A stretch of 54,471 nt of DNA, counting the filler, from Dirinaria sp. TL-2023a (lineage: Eukaryota), in NCBI GenBank assembly GCA_051941275.1. It is 2 parts of 2 records of this genome, joined end to end, with 100 filler letters (N's around TTAATTAATTAA, not from the genome) between each part and the next. Parts side by side here need not be neighbours in the genome. Positions count along the whole stretch, not along the records: positions 1 to 27,192 come from JAVEBF010000147.1; 1 more part is not named here. One strand, written 5' to 3'. The notes beneath the pieces are model-generated. The model did not search any database. It was not told the DNA's origin and saw only the letters and a program-made list of their open reading frames with translations. Positions 1-13,790 of this stretch are shown piece by piece; position 1 is the stretch's first letter, and each line of letters opens with the position of its first letter. Made by a program: the position numbers and the translations under genes.

Positions 1-3000
1 CCTTAAAAACCTCATATCGCACCTTCTCCACATCGGCACACATCCCCAGCTCTTCCTTCGGATGCAACAGCAGCACGCCACCCTCCCCGTGCTGCACCAA
101 CACTCGGTCGAGATAAGCCCGCAGCCCCAATTGCCCCAGGAACCCCGCGCACGCGTCCATCGACCCCCGGCTATCGATATAGATGGCGCCGAGCAAGGAC
201 TCGACGAGATCGGAGAAGAATTTGGGCGCGTCGAGCGTCGCGAGCAGGGACCATGGGTATTTTTTCCCGGAGCGCAGGGATTCCGAGATGGGCGTGCGCA
301 GGGATGTGAAGCGGGCGAGGCAGGCGCGCTGGGCGCTGCGCACGGCGGGCGAGGAGTGGCGCATGAAAGTCCAGAGAGGGAGTTCGGTTTCGGTTTTTTC
401 GAGGGTGGGGGTGTCTTCTGTGTTGTTGGAGGGAGAGGTGGTTATTGAGGTTTTGGTGGCCGAGGTGTGCAGCTGCATGCACAGGAAGGCGAGGAAGTTG
501 GCGTTCACCAATGCGGTGCGGATCAGATGCAGGGTGTGTGTTGGGATCGGCGGGTCGTGCGCAAAGGCGGTGGTTGTCACGATGCGGTCTAGGATGGAGT
601 CGCCGAGGAATTCGAGACGCTGGTAGGAGGATGAGGCACCGTGGTGGGATGAGTGGGTGAGGGCTTCGATGAGGAGGATTGGTGAAGTAAAGCTGTAGCC
701 TAGTAGAGGCTCTAAGGGGGCCAAGTGTACGGGGAGCGACGTTGGTTTGGTGTAATTCGCGAACAGCGTTTCATTGAGGTTTGTGATAGGTTGCCATGGC
801 GTGCTTGGGAGGAAGATCTGAAGACAGGCCAGGGCTTTTGAGGGACCGCCGTCGAGGTAGGCGGCGCCTATGAGGGATTCGACAACATCGGCGAGGGTTT
901 TGGTGGACATTTGCCGGGTTTTTGGTGTTTCCGGGGCGAGAAGATCGGATATATAGTCTGGGCGCCACTTGTGCCCTGTGAATGGCTTCGTGAGGATGTA
1001 TTGATCGAGGCCGACTGCCAGAGCACTGCGCGCGAGGCTGGCATTGGAGACTATGTGGTCTTTTTGGTGGGAGAGGACACCCTCGTGCCAGTTGAGATGT
1101 GTCGCGATCAGAGTAAGCGACGTAAAATATTTCAAGATGGAGTCACCGAGAAATTCCAGTCTTTGGTAATTGGTTGTTTCCCGAGCAGCCGACGCGCTGA
1201 TAGCGGTGATCACGAGGGACAGATCTTCGAATCGAAGAGATGAAAGCAGATTGTTGCAGAGATGATCTGCAAGCATATTTACCTCCACCACATGCGTAAT
1301 CGAGGGTATGAAGAGAGCGAATTGGGAATGCTCAAACGCGAGTCTGTCCACCTCGCAATCCTTGGCAGGTAAATACCTGAAGCCTGGACCGGTTTTTTTG
1401 CTGTTTTGAGAAGGAACCGGATGTAAGAAGTCTGCGCGCTTTGGAAATTTCTTGACTCTTAGGTATACCGCCTTCTCCGCGCTATCTTCATCCTCGCTGC
1501 TCAAAATGGCTCCATCCAGCTGGTCATTTGGTCCTTTTGGGCGGGTGTATTCAACACCATCAAAGATGTGAGGCGTTTCGTTATTGGCAAGATCTCGTAT
1601 GATGCCTACTCCTCTATGAAGGTCGCCATCTTTGATGAGATGGTCGGCCCTGCAAGCCCCCCTCAAACAATCGAGGCTGTACCTGGATGAATCAGCGAAC
1701 TGGAACAAGGCAACAAAGTCACTGCGGCCAGTCTCCAGTCGACCGCCAAAGACTGATCTAAGTAGTAAGTCTGTCGTTGTGGAAGCTTCGGATAAATTGT
1801 ACCCATTCGTAGCATCGTGACATGGCGTGATCGTCGCTTGTACTTTAGTAATAGCATCCCAGTACAAGTCAATATACACGGGCTTCGATAATTGCCATGG
1901 GAGTAGCATCAACATATGAGGTATGGAACGACCGTTGATGGTGATAATTGAAGCTTCTGGAATTTTATCTGCTTGCCAAGCTTGCGCTACCGATTTCCAA
2001 ACGACGAGCTGGTCTTGTACGTCCATAAGTCTGACAATCTTCTCGACATCCTTTTGGGCCTCGGCCGCCGTTTCGTCGTATCCTCGCAATGGAAGTAAGT
2101 GGGGCGACACTAAGCCTGCTCTATAGAGGTTAACATAGGCTTCGAAGGCTGCGTCTCTTCTGGCGCATTTTTGGGAATCCCAATGTGACTGGCTTTCGGC
2201 TTCTCGGGCGTCGGCATCAACGGTATTGGGTAGTATCACTCTGGCACTTATCATTTTGGCATCCGGGCTACACATTTCGTCCTCGTAAAAAATAAATTCT
2301 GGCCGACGATCAACGTACGGATCCGCGGGCAGTGTGGCGCAGAAATGGTATAGATGCTGTACAGCATCTTCATGAGTAATCTTGGCGCTGTTCCACGTTG
2401 ATTAGCATCGTTCCTGTTCCTCGATGGTACGAGTTAGAGTGAGTTTTTGCGGCAAAGGCTTCGTCTTCGGGCACGATAAATATAGAGGGAAGAGAGGCGT
2501 ACCCAGTGGATTCGATTTTGAACTCTCTGTGCCCCTTTTCTGTCGCTTCAAGCTTTTCAAGTTCCTGAAGCTGTCTCATTTCATCCATGTACATTTCCTT
2601 CATTCTTTCCTCAAGATCTTCGTATGTCGCCACCGCTACTTGCTGGTCATTTTCTGGAAACATAAGCACATACTTCGATTTGGCCTTTCTAGCGCGACCT
2701 CTCCGTTGGATGAACGATACCAAATTTGGCGGTTTCTCGAAGCATATGACCACATTACAAGCCGACACATCGACGCCTTCTTCCAAAACGCTGGTGGCGA
2801 TGACCAAGTTCTTCTGGCCACTGCGGAGATCGTCCAAAGTGTCCTTCTGATTTCGTACATCAACAAGCTCGCCGATATTGAACTTCCTGCTACTACTCAT
2901 GGACATGCCGACAAACGTGCTGACTCTGAAATTATCTTTCGTCCGAACATGCGAGGCCAGTAGATATGCGAGCACTGCGCACGTAGCACGAGTGCGGACG

Positions 3001-4615
3001 AAGATGAGGCCCGTAAAATCTGTCGTATCAATACTCTCAAGGAAGTCGAGGAGACGCCGAACTTTTCCAGAAAGATAAGAATCCCCTTCCAGTGGGAGCA
3101 GAGCTAGAGAAGGTATCCGAATCGATAAGAGAAGCTTCTCAAGATATTCCTTTTCGGTATCGTCCAATGCGCTCATACCCGGTATGAGATCTTCTTCTCT
3201 CGAGCAGAATTTATCGACAACTGCATGGATGTAATAATGTGTAGCCCACGGACCAAGCTCGACGAAGATATCTGTGCTTTTAACATAAAGGCTCTTTATC
3301 TGCTCCGAGCAATAAGTTTTACCCTTCATTAAAGCTTTCTGCAGCTGCGGGGAATGTCTCCCATCCGACTCTGCTCGCAGTTTTATTACATATGGGTCCT
3401 GCTCTATATCTAGTCCAAAGTAGAGATCCGAGAGGTTTTCAAGAGCTTGTGGCTTGGGAGACGAGTCTGCATAGCAAACTGGGTACAGGATTGGTATCAA
3501 TTCGGGCCGGAAAACATGCTTCAGCAATTCCGCACGATGTATCTTCGGCGTCTTCGCAATCGCGTTCAGACTACCTTCGATGGTTCTGTAGGAAGAATTG
3601 TCAGGCCGCGAAGTAGGATACTGTGAGACTTCGTAACATACTCTAAAGAACCCGCTTTATTTCCTGTGATTGGACTTGCTGTCAGACCAAGGATGGCAGG
3701 TCTCGGACCTGTTTCTGAATGGTAAAAGTTGCGCATGATCCGGCTGGCCGGATGAGAACCAACACAATGGTGGGCTTTTTCTAAGTAAATGCTACCGTTC
3801 TGCGCAGAGTGAAACTGAGGTCACACCTTCATCGAAAACCAGCAACGCTAGCTTTGACATGGTAATAAAGCCATGTACAAGAGCATCGAGAAGTATCTAA
3901 GTTGCCAGTATTGTTAATAGGGGATCTCATTGTCGGAAACGATTGTACTACCTGGTAAGTGCAGACAACGACCCGTATATCCCTAAGCACTTCATCCCAA
4001 ATCCACTGGTCACGCCATCTTTCAACCCCATCCGCTCCAGATAAAAATCTGATTCTGGTTTTCACGGCTGGAATCTGGGACTCAACTACGTCGTACCACT
4101 GGGAAGCCAATGCTACTGTTGGTACAAGAACAAAGACTAGCTATACGCTGTTAGGCAAGAGTTGGCCTGCAAAAGATGAATGTGGATATAAGCGAACCTG
4201 ATCAGGACTGCATCGATCGAGCTCATCCTGAATTCGGAGTACTGCACTGTAACAAGCTCAGCTCTGCACCGTGGTCTAGTCCATTTTATTACTTACATTA
4301 GGGACTTTCCGCTCCCCGTGTCCATCTACGATCTTGTAAGCGGTTTGATCGCCCGTTCGGCATTCTCAAGCGTACAGCAACGATGATGTTCCTCTAATAC
4401 CACGGTCAGATTCTTGAACACGAATGTAGCAATCATTGCAATGGACTGACTTTCAAACTTTCTTCTACCATCTCTCGCTGGTACCCATAGGGGCGTAGCA
4501 TGTTGTTTCCTTGCCCCCCATCCGAGGGAATCTGAGGCTTTAAGGTCCCCAAAGAAGCCTCATCTTCGATAGATTGACCTTCAACGGCTCCAGGTCCATC
4601 CATAGTAGCATTCAT
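1..4615 (-). CDS. dcl2: Dicer-like protein 2 (DExH helicase, dimerisation domain, two RNase III domains); multi-exon, 3' end lies beyond the window start
   Basis: ATG at 4615 (MNATMDGPG...LRPYGYQREM). Small exons give NIIVA / MDTGSGKSL (motif I) and LLVFDE-AHHC (motif II). ORF 2370..3527 carries the helicase C domain (IATSVLEEGVDV, FIQRRGRAR). The last exon from ~2390 reads AVQHLYHFCATLP, then RNase III signatures YQRLEFLGDS (~1170-1140 and ~625-595) and KFFSDLVES (~220-195), running to the edge. Confidence 0.93.
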
Positions 4616-5538
4616 TGTTGGTAGAGCCACAATGTTACCCAGAAGATCCAATTAGTACCAAAACTCAATGCTGGAGTCCGTGAAAGTACAGCATCAACTA
4701 CATGAAAAGCATTGCTGGAGAAGACCGGCGGATGGGAAGGAAATTTTGGCTGATGAGCAGGAGACAGTTTGATCTGAGACAACTCGTAGAGATTGGATGC
4801 TTCACCTGATAATTCTGATGTAAGAAGCCTTGTCGAGCGAGTGGGTGTGCCCAATGAGAGTGGCCTATGCCATCGGTTGGATGCCGATCCCTCTTTTGTA
4901 CGACCAAAATTTGATCATAGTCATGCAAGTAAGACGCATTGAGCCTTCTGGGTATTTTTCTTCGATCGACTAAGGGTCCAGTCAGTGGTTGCAAGAAACT
5001 TCAGGGCTGGGTTTGGCCTAGGGTTCAGTGCAGTGACTCTACCTAAGGTAAGGTAACTTACGGAGCGACTTCCGACCAAACAACAGTACCCGCCACTATA
5101 CATATGCAGTAGGTATCTGCAGAGTTGTTTTAGGTACTTAATCTCGAATAATGAGCCGGAATGCCAAATTCTTTATATACATAGTGTTGAGAACAGGGAT
5201 GCCAGCCTCCATCTTGTGTTGAGTGTCCATAGACCTAAATCGGTTAGCGCAGCAAAGTCTGTACATACCTTTAAGGGAACCGCCTGTCTTCTGGCAGTTC
5301 GCATCCTAGGGAAAGATAGTCAAGTGAGTCAATCAATGCACCGCGAACGGTGCACGCGGTTCAACATGCAGCAGCATTGTGAATAGTATTGGTGCTAGAA
5401 ATATGAAAACTGCTCAAATTTTGCGTCGTATAGCTGGGGTATATAAATTCCAATCCTCATTTCTCGTAATCCATGATCTCAATCGCTAAATTCATATAAT
5501 CACAGCGCCCCGTCAAGCCCCTCAGATGATATGTGCAT

Positions 5539-7712
5539 TCAACCGGTTATCGGTTTTTCTGGATCATAGTCGTAGCCTACGTCGCCATCGGACGTATCCT
5601 CAGGCTCATAGAGTCGTTCAGGCTCCACATGCTGCCCAAGAAGATACCGTTTTATGAAGTACGGAATCTGCCGTAGCCCATATGCCGCATGGACATGCGT
5701 AGGCACGGAGAACACTTGATCTAATTCTTCAAGGGTTTTCCCTTTCGTTTCAGGCATGAACAGCAGCACTAAGAAGAAGCCGACGATATTCCACGCAGCG
5801 TACCAGGCAAAGCCTCCTTGAGGGGTGAAGGCCGTCGAGAGACTGGGCCAAGTGATCGAGAGGACGAAGTTGAACAACCATGTAGTAGCCGTCGCCAGAG
5901 ACATACCATATGCACGAACGTATAGTGGATATGCTTCTGCCGAGTAGGTGAAAGGCACCGGACCTTCTCCAGGCGAATAGCAAACGCCGAAGAGATAGAT
6001 GCCCACGGCAATGCAGGCGGTCCTCGCTGTCTTCTGGGGGATGAGGAAGCTGAACCCGGTGAAGAACATGAACAAGGCCATCAGCGGGAACGTCGCCAGG
6101 AGCAAGTTTCGCCGGCCGAAGGTATCAATCGTGTAGACTGCTGGAATAGCAAATACCCAATTGACTATACCAAAGCCCAGCGATGCGGAAAGGGCAGAGA
6201 TCGGAGTAAACCCACCGTCTAGGAATATCTGGGACGAGTAGTATCTGATATCCGCGAAGTCAGCAATGCCCTTCAGATACAGGATCGCCGCTTGTAGAGA
6301 TTAGCTTGAAAACCCATTCCATAGATCAGCCATCAAAGCGCGTATACATCAAGGCAGTATATTGATATAATGAAGTCACTCACGCGATAACGTTTACACC
6401 ACAGAACTGGTCAACATTAGCTTTCGTACGGTTCGAGGTAGTCGCGCTTTAGACTTACCTGCTGCATGAACATGACTATCTCGGACGCAAGTGCAGCTCG
6501 TCGATTTCGTGGCACGGCTATCAGCTCCACTACTTTATTCCGGCCGAGTTCGATTTCACTCTCTGCCTCGAGCAGCGTGTGCATGTAGAAAGCGTCCCGA
6601 GCCGCCTGAACTTTGAGATATCGCAGCTTACACATCGATTCGTACGCCTTGTTGTGCCGGCCTTTGCTCATGTACCATCGAGGCGATTCAGGACAAAAGA
6701 ATACGAAGCATAGAACCACGATGGCAGGCAACATGGCGGATGCCATCATCAATCTCCAATTTAGCCCGACAATCCCAGGCCTGTCGGCTACTTTGTAGAA
6801 TGCCAAGTCGGAGACGTAACCCAGCATGATGCCGAAAGCAGTCCACATCTGCCACTGCATAACAAGCGCGCCTCGGATAGCCGGTGGTGTGGTCTCTGCC
6901 GCATAGATTGGAACAGTCGCCGACTTGGGCCCAATGCCGAACCCAAGAAAGAATCGAGCAATGAACATATGCCACCAGGTGTTGACGAAGCCTTGCCAGA
7001 AGCATGCGAGCGCAGAGAAAAGACAGGTGATGAAGATTGTACCCCGACGTCCGAATATGTTATTGAAGGGGACCGTGAGCCAACAGCCGATCGTAGCACA
7101 GCAAAGATATGGGGCTGCATTCAAGAGTCCCGTAAGACCCGTCGACCTATGATCACGACCGTCGATACCGAACTGAGGTTTGTAGAACAACTGGCCGCCG
7201 TTCACAACAGCCTCGTCTGGCAAGGTATTAGCTTTCGGCATACCCTACTCTGAGGCCGACTCACCCATCCCCTGAACCGCTGCACAAGTCGAACACAGAA
7301 TAATCACAATGTACATCAGTTTTGGCTGCGACCATCGATTGGTGACCTCATTGCGAAGAACGCGCAACTCCTCCGGAGTCAATCCTTGGACCGTGTCGTA
7401 TTTGGAAGGGTCCTGAGCAAGGCAAGCGCCCATCTGAAAGGCTCGAATGTCTTCCTTTCCGCCTATCTGGTGCTCCGCAGCGTACTTTGCTCCCTTATCC
7501 ATGAGGGTGGCATGGCTGAGACGAGCGAGTGGGTTTGCAAGCTTGGCATTGATATTGCGTCTGAGGCGATCGGCGGCACTCATGGAGGCCTGGCGGGTCG
7601 AGTAGTCGGCGGCGTGGTTAAGCTCATCGTGCTCGCGCTCGGGCTCGTAGTCAAACTTGGTACGGGATGTGCCCGAGGAATCGCTATCGCGATGTGAAAA
7701 GTTTTTGGCCAT
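5539..7712 (-). CDS. MFS sugar porter family transporter (4 exons: ~7712-7265, ~7216-6459, micro-exon ~6407-6385, ~6244-5539)
   Basis: ORFs 7245..7712, 6417..7241 and 5539..6105 join through GT-AG introns. Motifs FGRRG, PIYAAE...RG, PESPRW, QQFCGVNVIAYY, DTFGRR, PETKGKTLEE. Confidence 0.95.
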
Positions 7713-9056
7713 GGCGGCGGTTTAGACTTCTTAGACAACTGGTGGTGGGGTTGTTGGCCGCAGAGACTGGCGGTCAGCCTTGCGTCCAAGACCAAGTCCG
7801 AGCAAAACGAAGATCAGTTCACAACTGAAGCGAAAGCGTCCTCTTGAATGCAGTAAAGGACCGCCGATGACAATTGACTGGCAAGCGAATAGAAGGCGCT
7901 GGAAGACGAGCAGCAACGACGGTTTGGAGGAGTGAGTGGGTATAATTCCATGGGGCGCAGTGAACTCGAGAGCACATGTGGACAGTCATTTTGTCGCCTG
8001 GTCCCGAAAAACGTAATGAATTTATCTTACAGCATCCTGGTCGTGATAATCAGCCTGGCGAGCCTGGCAGCCTAGAGGAAGATCTGAACCGAGTTCAGAC
8101 AAGCTGGCGATCCTGGAAACGTGTGGGGCGAAGCATCGCTTTCGAATTCGCAGTCACACACCGTCCGAATCTTTCTGCAAACCGCGAGCCCACATGTGTG
8201 GTGTGAGGTAATTGGGAACCAGCGCCAAGCGATTGCGCCACGGTTCCAAGACCGGCCAAGCTCCCAAATCCCCAAAACAAAACTTCAACCAAGTCGAATA
8301 ATGGCAAGAGCCAAGAAATAAGAGGACCACATGTGACATGTCTGCTTGACTTCTAAAGATCGGTTCTGCTCCCACACTTTGGGAAACCTGAGTGCGCAGT
8401 GGAGCCATCCAAATCCAAAGGAAGCGGAAAACTCGAACTGTACTGTAGATCCAAGTAACGTGACACCACTTGAAGGAAGGAAAATCAAAATAATGGATGC
8501 AGTAAGCTGGTACGTACGTTTTGGCGAATGACGAAGCATCGAAAATGAGAGGTGCGCATTTAGCGAAGCGGAGAAATACATCTGTGGGGTTGCATGAGCT
8601 GAACAGCCCTGGGGATCAAATAATTCACCCACTCAGCGCTTGGATGGCCCGAGCCTCACACGGGGAGTGGGGAAGGTTTTCTCACCAATGACCAAATCAC
8701 CCTAGATTACTTCCCATCGCTTCCAGCTGCTGTTCCCAAGCTTGTGCCCATCATGAACGGCAAGCAATGCCGAGGCTGTGTGGCTGTGGCACAGCCAATC
8801 GCGAAGATTGACCGCAAATAAATAACACGTAAAATACAGAGCGAAACGCAGTCCCTTTGCTCTGCCATGCAATCTGACAATCTACTCGCTGATGAACAGA
8901 CTGCTGAACGTGATTGCTGCGTATACAAGATCGAAGATAATTTATCTACTTCCACCTTTTCTGCAGGAAAATAAAGTTTGCCCGCTCATAAATCCTTGAA
9001 TCTTTCCGCTCGGTCACAGTAAGGAGATAGCATAGCCCTCCACCAGGACGACCACT

Positions 9057-12000
9057 TTATTTCTTCCCCTTGCCCTTCGAGGCGGCAGCCTTGCCTTTCC
9101 CTCCTCCTCGACCTTTCTTGGGCTTGACATCTTCCTCGCTTTCGTCCATCTCGTCGTCTTCATCGCCCTCGTCCACCTTGCCTTTTCCTTTGCCTTTGGC
9201 CCCTGCCTTTTTGCCTGTGGTCTTGGCCGTCGCTTTCTTCGCTTTTGGCACCTTGACGAACTTGTCTTTCTTGAGATCGAGTGTCTCCTCTTCATCTTCT
9301 TGCGCATCAATATCAGAGTCGACGAAAGCCACATCGTTCTCGTCAGATTCATCGATCGCCTCTTCAAGATCCGGTTTGACTTTCTTCAGGTTCTTTGGCG
9401 CCACCACTTGACTCGCCTTCATAAAAGGCATCGGGTGAGACTGCTGGTTGTAGAGGCGTGTGAAGCTAGCCTTGGCCTGCGTTTCGAGCTTGACAGACTC
9501 CATGTCGGCCGGCCCAACCCCTAGTTCCATGATAGCGTCCCAGTCATCTTTGGTTAAAAAGTAGCTGTCCATGAGCGCAATGACATCCTCCACGACCTCC
9601 TTGCCTTTGATTTGCATCTCCTTAATTAGCTGGAACCATAGTAGCGGTAGGTACTGCTGGCGAATTTCGTGGCGGTCGCCGGAAGCTCGAAGGCGCATGT
9701 GACCCTGGATCTCCTTGATGTACCGCATGAGCTTGCCTACTTATAAATTAGCATCGACTTTCCCGCTTTTTGAGGGTATTTCCACCCACCACTCTTGGAA
9801 TTTTGTCCAAGCCAAGCAGTGAAACGAGTCTGATTTCCTGCTTGACTGCCAGATATGAAGCTAGCTGGTCGAACAAAGCTGAATACAGCATGTGTAGGCA
9901 TGAGGCTCCATTGTTGCTGGGAACCATGGATCATGCGGTCGACCAGGTCCCCATCGCTGATACTCTCAGCCGCTTTGTCCGCCAGTTCCAGCAGCTTCAG
10001 ATTCTTCTCCTTGCCATTGTAGCCGTTTGAAAGCATCGGATTCGTGCCAAGGTAATTCTCTTGCAACATGAGCGAGCTGAACTCATGGTCGTTAAAGTAT
10101 AGCTCAATCTTATCGTTAAGACTGGACGTGCTGCTTGGGGCAAACATCCCTCCTCCTAGAATTTTGCTAACAATATCCCAGGGTTTCAAAATGACGTGCT
10201 TCTCCCATGCTTTTGACATTGCTTTTCCTTGATTAAAGTCCATCGCTGCCTGGTCCAACTTGGCAGTGGAAAGCATGTTGATGATCTGACGAATATCCGA
10301 TCCACTACCTTCAATAAGGGCATTGATCACATTCGGCGGAATCTTCAACCCTTCTCGATAGCAGATGGTCATGATGCGCGCGCGGATCATTTCGATTGTA
10401 GGTTTCTTGAATGGTAGGTCAAAGGTGACGTGATCGAACGGCCTCATTTTCGGTAATTTGCGATCGTTGCAGATTAATATCATTGGGATATGGGTCTTTT
10501 TGCAGACCGAAGCCAGAGCACCAACACCTCCACGATCTCCGGCAGACATACCGTCGACTTCATCCATGATCAGGACGAGCTTCTTTTTCTCAGCCTCAAC
10601 CTTCTTCCCGTCCCCAGCGAAGTACCCTAGCAGTGACGTTGTGTCAAGAACACCTTTCAAACCAGTTTCGACAAGTTTCTTGCTCCGGGTGTCACTAGCA
10701 TTGCTCTCAAGGATGTCATATCCTTCCAATTGCGCGACAAGATGGGCTGCGGTGGTCTTGCCAATCCCTGGAGGTCCGTGAATGCAAATTGCGCGGAATC
10801 CTCCTGACATATCTGGTCCAGGTTTTTTGAAGTTTGCTTTGGCATTCGAAGGCCAGGCCCTGAGCCATCGCTGTAACCTTTCGACCTGAATCTTATTCCC
10901 GCAAATCATACTAATAGCCGAAGGTGCGTACTTGACGGTCCAGAGTTGGGTATTAATATTGGAAGCAGCCTTGCTGTCACCCTTCTTGGGCGTCTTTAAA
11001 CCAGCGCTCCCAAGGGAGCTTTTCTCTGCTTTCTTCTCCTGCCTCATCATTTCTTTCGCAGCCTCTTCGACCTTCTTTGCTTCAGCTTCCTGCTTCTGCT
11101 TGAACTTCTCGGCTTCTTTACCGTCCCCACCATTTGGGGGCAGTCGTCGAATGAGTTCGAAGAGACCCTGCTCGTTGATTGTCTTAAGCTGATGTTGCGC
11201 AATCGTCTCCAGCTTCTTTGGTCCAGCATCACTGCCAAGAACAACATAATTGGTCTTTTTGCTCGGAGCAGTAGTGACTTTTCCTCCGTGCCGCTTTACA
11301 AGCTCCTGACCTTGTTCACGGCTAAGCGTACTCAAGACGCCTGTGAATACAAAAACGAGTCCTGCAAGACAATTCTCGGCACCGACTGGCAGCTCTGCCG
11401 ACTCACCTGCAGGTGGTGGCTGAGCGTTCTGTGCATGCGCGCGGTAGTCGAATTTTTTTGTCGCGTCACGTGGCGGAGGTGTTGGTGGTCGAACCGTAGG
11501 GATGTTGTCAAATATGTCTTGCACTTCGGCTCTCACATCGTCCTGCTCCTCCTTCTTCGCTTTTTTTGCTGTGGGTTTCTTTGGCGTGGTCTTCGATTTG
11601 GTACTGGCTGACTTCTTGCCTCTCGGAGTAACATCATCTCCATCCTCATCCTCATCTTGTAGTTCGGCGGACTTGCGTTTCCGAGATTTCGCTGGTTTGC
11701 TTCCATTTGTTTTTGGCTCTGAACGCGCGTCATCCATGAGTAGATCCTCATCCTTCACCGGTGCACCTTTAGTTTGATGGACCTTTTTGGGAGCTGGCTT
11801 AATGTCCTCCTGCTCGTCCCCGTCGCTCTGATAGTCATCCATCGCTCGGTTCTTACCGCGCTTGTAATCAGCTCCAAAAATGTCTTCACCCGAATCTTCG
11901 TCTTCTTTCATAACCTTGGGATTGAAATCACTAGCATTGTCCTCGTCACTGTTCTCTTCATTGTAATTCGGTTTCGATTTCTTTCTGGAAGACATCCTCC

Positions 12001-12680
12001 CATTCTGCCCTGCATTCGACTTTTGTGCAGCTTTGCTTGCCGGCGTGGACTTTGCAGAAGCCGCTCGCGATGGAAGCTTTGAGCTTTTCTCCTCCGGAAC
12101 AGTCTTCGTCTTTGTTGGAGTAGAGCGGGTGGGCTTTGATTTGCCGCTTGAAGCGAAGTAATCGGAGGTAGTCGTCACTTCACCGACTGGTGAATTTGGT
12201 CTCCTGCGCAGATCGCCACATTAATCGTAATGCACCAACTTCTGATGGCATTGGGGCGTACACTTGTTTCTTCCGAGCAGGTTTCTGAGGCGTTGGCTTT
12301 TTGTGCCTGGCGGCAATCAGCATTGTGACAATGGTATACATAATTTAATCATTGGCGTACGTAGCCTCTTGGACCTCATCCTCACTGTCGCTAAGAACCA
12401 CTCGTTTTCCTTTCTGACGTCATTTTCAGAGTTACGTTTCGCTGGATAGAGTAGCTTACCTCTGCCTTTTGACTTTGTGGTCTTGGCCTTGAAAGACAAA
12501 CGTTAGTACAGTATACATTCGGAGGCGTGCGTCGCTAGCACGTCTGAGTCCCAAGGTAGCACTCGAGTAGAGGAGGCAACTTCCAATACGTACATTGTCT
12601 TTCGCTGGCGTCTTCCCTTGACTGGGGACAGTGTCTTGCCCCCCTTTCCCGCCAAAAAAGCTTCTGATATCTGACGGCAT
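9057..12680 (-). CDS. RFC1: Replication factor C large subunit (BRCT + AAA+ ATPase + RFC1 C-terminal domain); several short 5' exons, one long exon, last exon ~9736-9057
   Basis: Start MPSDIRSFFGGKG at 12680. BRCT (LAGLVFVFTG...GGKVTTAPSKKT), LWTVKYAP, Walker A GPPGIGKT, ESNASDTR, Walker B IMDEVDGMSAGDRGG, ICND. C-terminal KASFTRLYN and an acidic/Lys-rich tail. Confidence 0.97.
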
Positions 12681-12867
12681 CGTTATTAAGACACCCGACT
12701 TAGGGCGCTGTGGATTGCGGAAAGGTCTGAACTTTGCGCTACTAGGCAAAGCCTATTGCGAAGATAAAGCAGTGTACTTTCTGGAGGGCGAGTAATAGCA
12801 TTCGTGGGTTCTGCCTTCAGTAAATCTAGGCAGTCGCCATCATCATCCCGTCAAGCGGAGGTAAAGG

Positions 12868-12883
12868 ACGCGCTTCGCGTAAA
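12868..12883. promoter_or_regulatory. Possible MCB/SCB-like G1/S element (two CGCG cores) upstream of RFC1
   Basis: ACGCGCTTCGCGTAAA about 190 bp upstream of the RFC1 ATG. CGCG-core elements are typical of fungal DNA replication genes; not a perfect ACGCGT. Confidence 0.35.
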
Positions 12884-13589
12884 GTGACGAAATCGAAGCG
12901 GGTGCCCAAAGCGGCTAGCGTCGAAGCCTGCAATAGGGGGAGTGAACTCCCGGACAAGGACGGCTATTGAGAAGAACATCCATCTTCTGCAAAATCACAA
13001 ACGGAAAGCTGGTCGCTAAATCAAACAGTGGATCCTTTAATTACTATCTTGCATATTGAAAAATCCAGCCTCACGAATCAAATCTAAAAGCGACTGGCCT
13101 GGCAAGAGTGTGAAAGGTCTTCGGACCTTTATGTGGCCTCCTAGGATAGCAATCGTACAGGCGCCTTTGATGGCTAATACTATTTAACGAGCGGCGAATA
13201 CTGTGCGCTCGCTGATCAGAATATACTACTCAACGTGCAGAATTCGTCGAGATAGCAGAGTGCATCACTTGTACTCGTACACGCTCAGCATAGAGAACGC
13301 TTAGCGTGGGCATATGCAGTATCCAGATACGGGAAAAACGAGAACGGTATGAGAAAGATTTTGATGTACCTAAGGTCATCGGTCCAATGAATGATGGAAA
13401 TCTGCAGACACAGTTTGGGTCCTGCCACATTTTAATATCTCGAATGGATTCCTGAAATCTTGATGACTTCTTGGGAGCGCAGCTGGATATGAAGTAGCGC
13501 TCATTCCGCACTTATTAATGCTACAGCTGCGCATCGGCTCTGCAGAACTCACTCGCATCCAGCGTTTCGCCCAGCCCAGATGAATTTCT

Positions 13590-13790
13590 CGAAGTGGACC
13601 CGCAAATCATCGATCACAGTCAGTAAGCAGATCTCCTAATCTACCTCATATGACCTTCATCACTGCGTCGTTGAAGCTTTTGTACAACCCGTCGATATCG
13701 GGTTCCACGATCACTACTTTGGCCTCTGGATACCAGACCGCCCTCCTAAACCCTATGCGCTTGCCCCAAATCGTTTGAATGCGTGGTTTT
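13590..13790 (-). pseudogene. Relic of a fungal P-loop sulfotransferase-like (Sulfotransfer_4-type) gene
   Basis: Minus-strand translation ...YPEAKVVIVEPDIDGLYKSFNDAVMKVI*GRLGDLL... resembles the family signature YPDAKVILxxRDxxxWYKS. Interrupted by stops; no intact ORF. Confidence 0.5.

Noticed and set aside
62..2126. Numerous short ORFs over the Dicer 3' exon (likewise over RFC1, PNGase and the TF)
   Set aside because: Antisense or off-frame shadows of well-supported genes. The real Dicer frame is absent from the ORF track, consistent with it having no stop inside the window.
7814..7951. Possible 45-codon uORF upstream of the sugar transporter (minus strand)
   Set aside because: It is unknown whether the ATG lies inside the transcript, and there is no conservation evidence.
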